From: a virus
Taxonomy: Duplodnaviria; Caudoviricetes
Length of the DNA: 64,000 bases
IMG/VR virus record: IMGVR_UViG_3300014000_000001
Location: 96,001-160,000 of that record
Reading direction: 5' to 3' (one strand)
The position numbers were made by a program, and so were the translations under genes. Below the pieces are notes generated by a model. It made no database searches and was not told where the DNA came from. It worked only from the letters and a program-made list of their open reading frames with translations. Of this stretch, positions 18,727 to 26,801 are shown piece by piece. Position 1 is the first letter of the stretch; each line of letters begins with the position of its first letter.

Positions 18727-19875
18727 ATGGAGATGTTAGCTTCGGATTATAGTGTGGGGTGGAGTCAAGATCAACACACTTTCCATAAACGTCTAGGAGT
18801 AGATCGAGTACTTGATGCGCTTCGTCGTGCATTTCCAGATAGTGAGCGTACAGGTGAGTTGACTTGTTTATTTTATGGTGGAGATTTTTGGGATCATGAA
18901 GTATCGAACGCTCACCCAGAACTACATAAAGTCCATGATTATATCGCATGGCGTTTAAAATCAGCACGTAAGCGTAATTATTCTGTTCGAGTATTAGAGG
19001 GAACTGCATCACATGACCGTGGTCAATGTAGGGTGTGGGAAACCATTAATAACTTACTAGACGAGCCTGCTGATTTAAAATACGTAGATACCGTATCAAT
19101 TGAGAGTCATCCAATATTAGGTGATATCCTTTACGTCCCTGATAATTGGAAACCAACTACAGATGAAGTCTGGGAAGATGTCTGTGCTGTAATGAAAGCC
19201 AAGAACCTTACTATGGTAGATTGGATAATCATGCATGGCGCATTTAAACACCAACTCCCAGAACATCTGCATGGGAAAGTACAATTACATGACTCCGATC
19301 GTTACTCAGCAATTACTCGAAAATATGTTTTAGTTGGACACGTCCATCTAAAATCACAATACAAGAATATCATTAGCATTGGTTCAATTGAACGCTTATC
19401 TCATAATGAGGAAGAACCGAAAGGTACGCTTAGAATCAATTGTTCAGAACACGGTGATGAGATTCTTTTTCAAGAAAACACCTTAGCCAGAATTGCGACA
19501 ACTCTGGATTTAGAAGGTCTGCCAGCCGAGCAAGCCTATGAACGAATTAGAGAAGAGATTGAAAAATATCACACTGGTTTAGATGGTATCTCTATTCGTA
19601 TCAAAGCAAAGAAAACTGATCACGCTCATTTAATGATAGCGCGGTTAACACGTGAGTATCCTCAGATTGATTGGGGATTTAAAGATGCAGATGAGAAAAC
19701 CAAACTTCATCTGGTTCGGTTAGAACGTCAAGAAATGCCTGCGATTGTTTATGATCTTTCGCACCACGCGGTAAAAGAGAAGCTGCTCCAGCGTATCGGA
19801 GATGAGAAAACCACTGGTTTAGTTGAAAAAGTAGATTCCTTATTTAAAGGTTATCAGATTGAAGTTAATAGTTAA
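18727..19875 (+). CDS. Mre11/SbcD-like metallophosphoesterase nuclease (phiKZ gp65-like)
   Basis: Motifs DQH, GGDFWD, EGTASHD, MHG, GHVH. Confidence 0.88.
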   Translation: MEMLASDYSVGWSQDQHTFHKRLGVDRVLDALRRAFPDSERTGELTCLFYGGDFWDHEVSNAHPELHKVHDYIAWRLKSARKRNYSVRVLEGTASHDRGQCRVWETINNLLDEPADLKYVDTVSIESHPILGDILYVPDNWKPTTDEVWEDVCAVMKAKNLTMVDWIIMHGAFKHQLPEHLHGKVQLHDSDRYSAITRKYVLVGHVHLKSQYKNIISIGSIERLSHNEEEPKGTLRINCSEHGDEILFQENTLARIATTLDLEGLPAEQAYERIREEIEKYHTGLDGISIRIKAKKTDHAHLMIARLTREYPQIDWGFKDADEKTKLHLVRLERQEMPAIVYDLSHHAVKEKLLQRIGDEKTTGLVEKVDSLFKGYQIEVNS

Positions 19876-19942
19876 AGAAGCTTTTGCGTATCGATATATT
19901 CAGTTAAAATTTATTCACAATGCACGATAATAGGTAACCAAA

Positions 19943-20791
19943 TTGAGTAGAATACTCGACGATAGGGAGATGGGTAATATACCCATCTCCATAGCTACTG
20001 CTTTGGCGCTGGACGGTTTATACAACCGCCACCCAGAGCTAAAACCTGCACGTAAATTGCCTGCATTGATGGCGAATATTATCTATATCAATGCAAGAAC
20101 ATTGTTTCGCAACATCATGGGAGCTATTGGCGACAATGATAAAGCGCTGAGTGTTTCAGCAAAAGATTATGCAGTGACATTATTAAAAGAGATGGATGAG
20201 ATCCGTTCCCATCTGTCTCAAGAAGAACATCCATTGGAAGTAGTCTATTATTTTCCAACGTATCATTCTTTGCAAAAGTATATGGGTAATGGTGAGCTAA
20301 GACCGTTATCTACGGAAATACAACAGAAACGAAATCAGTTGGAAAACGATTGCTTGCAATATATTTTCGACCAATATAAAGATCAACCTAACCCACCATT
20401 TATGAATGTGGATGTGGAGATCAAAGCACAGACTTACCAAAATATTTTCATTATTACCCATCTACCAATTGACCTGTTACACTTAGAACATGTAGCTGAG
20501 GTTTATTTGGTGGAATCCCATACAGGTAAAGTTAAACCTAAGGATCTGTGGTTTACCAAGTTTGCCACAGATCGAGATCCAAAAATTCCTTTTAATAAAG
20601 GAACCTTATTGTTCTTTGGTGATTCAGGACATTTATTTAAACCTCAACCGATTAAAGCGAGACGTCGTTTCTTAGAAGTTGCGGAGAAAAGAAAATGGAA
20701 TGCACACACAACTAAGGATCGTTTGATGCTTGGTTTTCAATTAGAACAAGAACCTTTCATCTTAAAAACATTGAAAGAATTATTCAAGTAA
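19943..20791 (+). CDS. conserved protein (phiKZ gp66 position), possible PIN/5'-nuclease-like fold
   Basis: 282 aa; IYINARTLFRN, ITHLPIDLL, ESHTG, FFGD; fold inferred. Confidence 0.6.
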   Translation: MSRILDDREMGNIPISIATALALDGLYNRHPELKPARKLPALMANIIYINARTLFRNIMGAIGDNDKALSVSAKDYAVTLLKEMDEIRSHLSQEEHPLEVVYYFPTYHSLQKYMGNGELRPLSTEIQQKRNQLENDCLQYIFDQYKDQPNPPFMNVDVEIKAQTYQNIFIITHLPIDLLHLEHVAEVYLVESHTGKVKPKDLWFTKFATDRDPKIPFNKGTLLFFGDSGHLFKPQPIKARRRFLEVAEKRKWNAHTTKDRLMLGFQLEQEPFILKTLKELFK

Positions 20792-20842
20792 GAGAATACA
20801 TAATTCTCTAGTTATATGCTAGCAACCAAGGAGACATTGATC

Positions 20843-21616
20843 ATGTCTGATGAAAAACAAGTTTACATTCCAAAGTCATCTCTAGACTCATTCGGTAATG
20901 CTTTATTTGCTGAACGTTTAGAGTTAGGTAGTCGCGAACCTACTTTGATGGTCAGTGTAAACATTAACCAAAAGAACCCACAATGGTCAACAGTGGATGT
21001 TCAAGTACGACACCATTTACGTGGTGAAGAAAAGAATAAAACCTTTGATGCGCCAACTAAACCACAAGTTGTGCAAGCGGCATTAGCGAAGCTGAAAGAA
21101 TACGCTAAAATTCCATATAGTTCAGATGAAAAATTCACCACCGCTTGGGACATTCTTGCGCCTAAAATCGTTAATGGTAAAATGACCTCCGAACGCATTA
21201 CCAAAGCCAAACTGGTGGTGGGACGTAATAAGAAAGGTCCTTTTATGTCAGTGGTGCATTGGAATAATAGTTATCCACAAATTCCATTCTATGCAGGTTT
21301 GCACGACGAAAACAACTATCGTTCAACAGTTAGTGACGATCCTGAAAAGCTGTACGACTATGTATGTGCTAATGCAATCGGTTGGGCTGAACATATTTCA
21401 GGTTTAATCACCAGCGAATGGCAATTCCAAACCAATAAAGTTTTAGATAACATGCGTAAAAACCAAAACAATAATGGTGGTGGTTCTTACGGTGGCGGTA
21501 ATAGCTACGGCAATAACAATCGTCAAGGTGGCGGTAGCTATGGGGGTAACAGTGGTGGCGGTCACTATGAGACCTCTTCACCAAGTTCTTCGAATGGTGA
21601 AGAATTCAGTTTTTAA
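20843..21616 (+). CDS. chmC: ChmC-like nucleic-acid-binding nucleus protein (phiKZ gp67 position)
   Basis: Directly upstream of the gp68-like gene; folded domain plus G/N/S/Y-rich disordered tail; AGGAG RBS at MSDEK (track start 20816). Confidence 0.65.
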   Translation: MSDEKQVYIPKSSLDSFGNALFAERLELGSREPTLMVSVNINQKNPQWSTVDVQVRHHLRGEEKNKTFDAPTKPQVVQAALAKLKEYAKIPYSSDEKFTTAWDILAPKIVNGKMTSERITKAKLVVGRNKKGPFMSVVHWNNSYPQIPFYAGLHDENNYRSTVSDDPEKLYDYVCANAIGWAEHISGLITSEWQFQTNKVLDNMRKNQNNNGGGSYGGGNSYGNNNRQGGGSYGGNSGGGHYETSSPSSSNGEEFSF

Positions 21617-21631
21617 AACAGCATAAATACT

Positions 21632-21661
21632 AATAGCGGAGAGATTAATCTCTCCGCTATT
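21632..21661. terminator. perfect 30-bp palindromic hairpin
   Basis: AATAGCGGAGAGATTAATCTCTCCGCTATT. Confidence 0.8.
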
Positions 21662-21678
21662 GCTTTAAATATTTTAAG

Positions 21679-21697
21679 ATATACATTATCTAAGTGA
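21679..21697 (+). promoter_or_regulatory. putative early promoter, copy 3
   Basis: ATATACATTATCTAAGTGA; 26 nt identical to copy 4 including the upstream TAAATATTTTAAG. Confidence 0.72.
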
Positions 21698-21722
21698 ATT
21701 ATTCTTTCAGAGGTTTAAACAA

Positions 21723-23285
21723 ATGCGATTGAGCATCATTGATGTGAACACGATGAAGATCGAACACCCACATCAACAAACCCGCGTTGCATCTATACGT
21801 GAATTCTCTAAGACACGTTTTGTTAAAGATCGGGATGATGGTACTGGTCTTTTAGATCCGTTTAAAGAGATTAACTTATTTATTCACCAAAAGGTGAGTC
21901 AGGAAAATCAACTCAAACTTTATAATGCTTATGCTACCATTTTTGCTGAATTCTTAGATGGTTGTTACGATGTTGATATCGTCATGAATGTTGTAAATGA
22001 GCAATTTAAAATCATTTACGATATTATTAAAGTTCAAGATGTGCAAGACTTTATGGAACGTAACAATCTTTTCGATATTCCTCCAGATATCGAAAAGAAC
22101 TATACAGGTGAGTATAGTGAAGATCGTACTTACATTGAGCCTAAGTATAAGGGTTTGATTGCGCTTGCAATAGCTGCACGAATGGCAATTCCAGTATGGG
22201 GTGAGTTCTCCCCGATTCGTAAAGGGTCTGTTGGGTCAAAACGTATCCCGATCTTACTCATCCAAATGTTAAAAGGTTCTTCTATTTTAGATTCAGAGCA
22301 ATTTAAAGATTTGGAACGTTATTCAGATGCAACCGTGGAAGCAGGTAAATTCGACCCAGGGCGTGTGGTTGCAGGGTTTGGTTCTGAATACAATAAAGAA
22401 TTAAATCTAGCCTCTAACTTTGTTAAGAAAGTGGCTATTGCACCGAATTCAAGACATAACCCATTAGCTCAAGATATCTACAACTATATTGCAAATAGCG
22501 GCGCGTATAATGATGCTTCTTCTGGAGATATTGTCTGGAGTAAGAAGGACCCTAACCAAGAGGAAGAGAAATCCAAATGGGAAAAATACAACCTTCGTGA
22601 ACAAATGTCGCAAGGTGACATTTGCATGATTGAACATTACCTAAGCGATCCTTATCGTGGTATTCATCGTATTTTATCTGATGTTGATTCTGAAACTATT
22701 GATGCTTATACCCGTGAAGCAAATATCATAGCAGAACATTTAGATGCTGAGAATTTCATCCCTGAAATCGAGAACATTCGAATCGCACAATGGGTTCTAT
22801 CTTCAATTGTTCCTGCAAAAACACTGACATACGTGGGTTACTATTATCAACGTCGTGCATTGGTGGTTGCATTAACAGTATTAAAACATCTTAATTATCC
22901 GCTGCTATCTGCATTACTTGTCGCGAAGATCGCACAGTCAGCAGATGGCTTCATGATTTCATTTAAGGTTACTCGCAAACAAATGCCAGAAGACCTAGAG
23001 GAAAAACTTGAGAAATTTTATCCTGCATTTAAGAAGACTCGTGATCGTGATCGCGAATCAGGCAATATGTGTAAGAATGCGATTAACCGCTTCTACACAG
23101 AAATCAACAATTCAGTGATGTTGGTGGTAGCTCCACAGAGTTACATCAACTACCTAGTTGAACATAAGGTGTTGAATAAACACTTGCGTTTTAGTGTTCG
23201 GCCAGAAACCCCAATTGAGTTAGCGCAAATGTTAGTTGATTTATCAGAACTACAAATGCGTCAACACAAATTAACATTAATGTAA
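21723..23285 (+). CDS. nvRNAP promoter-specificity subunit (phiKZ gp68-like)
   Basis: 520 aa; TYIEPKY.GL.ALAIAAR..IPVWGEF; position between ChmC and PicA. Confidence 0.75.
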   Translation: MRLSIIDVNTMKIEHPHQQTRVASIREFSKTRFVKDRDDGTGLLDPFKEINLFIHQKVSQENQLKLYNAYATIFAEFLDGCYDVDIVMNVVNEQFKIIYDIIKVQDVQDFMERNNLFDIPPDIEKNYTGEYSEDRTYIEPKYKGLIALAIAARMAIPVWGEFSPIRKGSVGSKRIPILLIQMLKGSSILDSEQFKDLERYSDATVEAGKFDPGRVVAGFGSEYNKELNLASNFVKKVAIAPNSRHNPLAQDIYNYIANSGAYNDASSGDIVWSKKDPNQEEEKSKWEKYNLREQMSQGDICMIEHYLSDPYRGIHRILSDVDSETIDAYTREANIIAEHLDAENFIPEIENIRIAQWVLSSIVPAKTLTYVGYYYQRRALVVALTVLKHLNYPLLSALLVAKIAQSADGFMISFKVTRKQMPEDLEEKLEKFYPAFKKTRDRDRESGNMCKNAINRFYTEINNSVMLVVAPQSYINYLVEHKVLNKHLRFSVRPETPIELAQMLVDLSELQMRQHKLTLM

Positions 23286-23308
23286 TAGTAGATCACAGAG
23301 GTTTTAAA

Positions 23309-24940
23309 ATGGATATTCTTTCAAACTTAATGGGTGGAAGTGGGAACTTTGGTAATCGTGGGTATGATGATCATCGTGGTAATACCTACGAAAAATTTGA
23401 TTACGAAGAACCAGTAACAATTGATGGTTATCGTGTATGTGCGATTATGCTCACTGAAACAGGAACGTATAACCCAGAGTTTCTTCGCCCATATACTGTA
23501 TCAGTAGATCGTGGTGATGTTTATAACATCGCTGATATTGCGAGTGAAAACGGCCAAGCATTGTTACGCCCTGAAAATATTGCAGGTGTTGCTGGTCGTA
23601 TTTTGCGATATTCTTCTCAGGTTGACAAACATGATTTGGTAGATATTGAAAATGGTTGGGACGTACGTCGTTTATCATTCTTGATTGAAGTAGTGGAAGA
23701 ATCCCGCACGGATTTTGATCTACGTGGTGATATGGAAACAGTTACCTACATCTCAGGGTTTACCGATCGTTTAGATGTGGTGGAAACACGTAATGGTCGT
23801 TATGGTGATTTTGCCCCAGCACCTGATCTTAAGTTTTATGTTACCAATATATATCGTATTGAACGTGAAACACGTCGTATTCACTCCAACTTCCAATTAC
23901 TCGTACCATCTCATCATGGTGTGGGTCGTTATGATCGTCAACGTGATAACCTTTACACTATCCGACCTCGCGATGTGTTTAATGATGGTGTTGTTCGTGA
24001 GAAAACCCCAATTGGTTCAAAGAGTTTTAATCAATCAAATCAATTGGTTGGAACATTGCCGAAATCATCACGTACATCTAACCTAAGTCCAAGTACTTAT
24101 ATGGCATCTTCAATCAATGCCTTGATCTCTTCTGAAACTCAGCGAGGTTCAGGTTCTGATGAGTATGGTAGTTACGATCCAACTCGTCGTCGAGGTGCAG
24201 ATGTGGTATATAGTACTGCGGCAGGTAAACTCAATGAAGAACCACCACTTCCTTATAATTCATTTACTTACTTGTTAAAGAGTAAAACAAATGAGTTTGG
24301 TTCACGATCGATCTTTAGTTGGGCTGATCTTGAAGATATCTTCGGGCCTGAGATTGCGCGAGTAACGTCTCTTTATAAACGTAAAACAGTTGAACGTAAT
24401 CGACGTAATAGTCGATGGGCCGCTGCTGGTGAAAGTTCTAATTGGGACAATAATGAAAACGAAGGTTATAATGCTGTATTCGCTACGGCATTAAAACAAA
24501 CATTACCAGGGTATGCTTTAGAATCCATGATCTATTCATGTCGTATTGAAGCTACTAATATCGTAGATCATTCCGATAGTTTTGATACAATCGCAGGTGC
24601 TTTAATTACGATATCTAATGTTGTCTTTATTGCACGAATGCCTTCAGCTCAACAAGAAGAATTTCTGATCGATGAATTTCGTCAGAAAATTGCTAACTAT
24701 GTTCTTCGTGACACATCATTAAACAATCAAGTACCTTACGATGTTGTTGTTGAATTGGACTGGCGTGGCGATAGTTTTATCTGGGTAGGGATTGATGGCG
24801 GGGAAATGATCGATTTCTCCACAGCTTCATTCTCAAATGCATTAACACCACCGATCATTACCACTAACCAAGATTTCTCAGAAGATATGATGACAGATCT
24901 TAAACAGGTAGTTGGTGAAATATTGGCAAGAGGTTATTAA
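23309..24940 (+). CDS. picA: nuclear protein import factor PicA/Imp1 (phiKZ gp69-like)
   Basis: 543 aa; ETGTYNPEFLRPY, IENGWD.RRL.F, YISGFTD, TIRPRDVF; synteny gp68-gp69-gp70. Confidence 0.72.
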   Translation: MDILSNLMGGSGNFGNRGYDDHRGNTYEKFDYEEPVTIDGYRVCAIMLTETGTYNPEFLRPYTVSVDRGDVYNIADIASENGQALLRPENIAGVAGRILRYSSQVDKHDLVDIENGWDVRRLSFLIEVVEESRTDFDLRGDMETVTYISGFTDRLDVVETRNGRYGDFAPAPDLKFYVTNIYRIERETRRIHSNFQLLVPSHHGVGRYDRQRDNLYTIRPRDVFNDGVVREKTPIGSKSFNQSNQLVGTLPKSSRTSNLSPSTYMASSINALISSETQRGSGSDEYGSYDPTRRRGADVVYSTAAGKLNEEPPLPYNSFTYLLKSKTNEFGSRSIFSWADLEDIFGPEIARVTSLYKRKTVERNRRNSRWAAAGESSNWDNNENEGYNAVFATALKQTLPGYALESMIYSCRIEATNIVDHSDSFDTIAGALITISNVVFIARMPSAQQEEFLIDEFRQKIANYVLRDTSLNNQVPYDVVVELDWRGDSFIWVGIDGGEMIDFSTASFSNALTPPIITTNQDFSEDMMTDLKQVVGEILARGY

Positions 24941-26325
24941 TGAGTAAGTTAACAGGGTTTTATGAAAATTTAATCGAAATCTGTGGTGTGAAACTTGGCG
25001 AGTTTGGACGACTCGTCATTCCTGCAGAGGAAGATATTTATCTTAAGTTAGATGATAAACATATTGTTTTTCCAGAAAAGCAATATTTAAACCATGTGGA
25101 GAATCCAGCAATCGATACGGTGGTGTTCCATCCGTTATCTGAATCCAGTGTACGTAATGTGTCTGAAGTTCAGGAGATTTTACGTCGGGCTGCAATTCTA
25201 CGCATTAATCAGATTGGGCGAGTGCTTTTAAACAAAGCAATTGAAATCAATCGTAATGCTACGGCTGACTCATCTTACAAACTTAACCATAAGCAAAGTA
25301 AACTCTTTGCAACGATCGGAGAGATCGATGAGAAGTTTGTAAAATGGTGGTTGAAAGTCGATAACCGTATGACTGAAGATTCCAAGTGTCGTTTGTTCGA
25401 TGTGTATTTAAAAATGCATGGTGAATTTGATAACAAACGTTACGATCGCGTTTGTACAATTGCTTCACCTCTTTGGGATCAGGTGACGTTTACCACTGAT
25501 TCTAAAATATTTGGAGTAACTGTTGAGCGTAAGAAAGACGTTAATACCTTAAAGGAATTATTGAAAACATTATTCCCTCGTTTGGAAACTGGTGGTTACA
25601 TCTTTGGTTCTTCTGAAAATGTAGCTCCGTTCTTAAGCGTGTTCATTGATTCAGTGGTTGAGATCGAAACCCGCTTTAATGAAATTCTTAATATCTATGG
25701 ACGTGAAGCAAGCGACACTGAAGGTCTATACAGTAACGGTTTAGATATCAAACGTGATGCGGACTTTTCCAAGTTACGTAACTTGATTCCTGCTGATAAA
25801 GCGTATAACGTTGGAACCAGTAAGGATAAAGAGGATATCTCTGAGAAGAAACTTACTTCTCGTGAAAAACCAGTTGAACAACAGCGTATGAACGATGTTC
25901 GTGTTCCGCGTGGGATGACTGATTCTTTACAGATGACCAGTGCGCCAGCCCAACAACCAGAACCCGCATCAACTACCTCTGAGCGTCCTGTAGAGGAACG
26001 CCCACATCGCGATAGTATCTCATCACAAAACTCTCAACCATTCTGGAATCGCGATAGTCGTGATGATCGTTATTATGGTAACCGCGATGATTATCGTCGC
26101 GATGACCGCGGTTACGATCGAGGATATGATAACGGTTACGATCGTGGTCGTGGGTATGATAATCGTCGTGATGATCGTCGAGATTACCGTGGTTCACGTT
26201 ATGAAGATCGTCGCCCTAATGTAGAGCGTTATCCAAGTGATCGTGGTTACTCACGGCAATCTGAACAACGTAATGATTATTTCTGGAATCGTGATGGTCA
26301 CGATGACCGTTATTATCGTCGATAG
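24940..26325 (+). CDS. conserved Chimalliviridae protein (phiKZ gp70 position) with an R/D/Y/G-rich disordered tail
   Basis: VFHPLSES..R..SEV, YIFGS...APF; low-complexity C-terminus. Confidence 0.7.
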   Translation: MSKLTGFYENLIEICGVKLGEFGRLVIPAEEDIYLKLDDKHIVFPEKQYLNHVENPAIDTVVFHPLSESSVRNVSEVQEILRRAAILRINQIGRVLLNKAIEINRNATADSSYKLNHKQSKLFATIGEIDEKFVKWWLKVDNRMTEDSKCRLFDVYLKMHGEFDNKRYDRVCTIASPLWDQVTFTTDSKIFGVTVERKKDVNTLKELLKTLFPRLETGGYIFGSSENVAPFLSVFIDSVVEIETRFNEILNIYGREASDTEGLYSNGLDIKRDADFSKLRNLIPADKAYNVGTSKDKEDISEKKLTSREKPVEQQRMNDVRVPRGMTDSLQMTSAPAQQPEPASTTSERPVEERPHRDSISSQNSQPFWNRDSRDDRYYGNRDDYRRDDRGYDRGYDNGYDRGRGYDNRRDDRRDYRGSRYEDRRPNVERYPSDRGYSRQSEQRNDYFWNRDGHDDRYYRR

Positions 26326-26334
26326 CATATAGTG

Positions 26335-26369
26335 AAGAATAAGGAGCCTAGGCTCCTTATTCTTTTTTT
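26335..26369. terminator. bidirectional terminator, perfect 30-bp palindrome
   Basis: AAGAATAAGGAGCCTAGGCTCCTTATTCTT. Confidence 0.85.
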
Positions 26370-26390
26370 ACGCTGTTATATTTAACCCAA

Positions 26391-26738
26391 TTAATTATTA
26401 GTTTGACTCTCATCGTAACGTAGTTTTAACATCGCAAGATAATTTAAATCAACTTGATAGAGTGGCCCATCTTTAGAACGAAATTCGCTGTATTCTTTAT
26501 AGTTATTAACACGCAATGTTACCCAATGTAAGTGGAAAGGAATACCTGCAATGTTACATAAAAGGTTGAAATTTTGATCAGCACGCGCTTTTTCAGTATC
26601 GGTGAGTTGAATCTCACCACCTTTAGCCATACTGCTCTGGCGTAGACCAGCTAAATTCATTTCAAAGAAGTCAATAAAGTTAGGATTATAAAGGTAATCA
26701 TAATCAGCTTGTCTTAATTTGGTAACTAATGAATCCAT
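26391..26738 (-). CDS. small protein, possibly LysM-like / tail-X baseplate component
   Basis: 115 aa, AGGAG RBS; IPFHLHWVTLRVN resembles the W.I...N of LysM-like tail proteins (weak). Confidence 0.55.
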   Translation of the reverse strand: MDSLVTKLRQADYDYLYNPNFIDFFEMNLAGLRQSSMAKGGEIQLTDTEKARADQNFNLLCNIAGIPFHLHWVTLRVNNYKEYSEFRSKDGPLYQVDLNYLAMLKLRYDESQTNN

Positions 26739-26761
26739 ACGGTTCTCCTAAATATTTTAAG

Positions 26762-26780
26762 ATATACATTATCTTAATGT
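26762..26780 (+). promoter_or_regulatory. putative early promoter, copy 4
   Basis: ATATACATTATCTTAATGT. Confidence 0.68.
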
Positions 26781-26801
26781 AGTTCTATATAATAGAGGTT
26801 A

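Noticed and set aside
18727-18800. Apparent loss of the first DxH motif in the SbcD-like nuclease
   Set aside because: The motif is present as QDQH near the N-terminus.
26040-26320. Short DNA repeats suggesting a CRISPR or tandem array
   Set aside because: They are imperfect codon repeats encoding the R/D/G/Y tail, with no constant repeat-spacer period.
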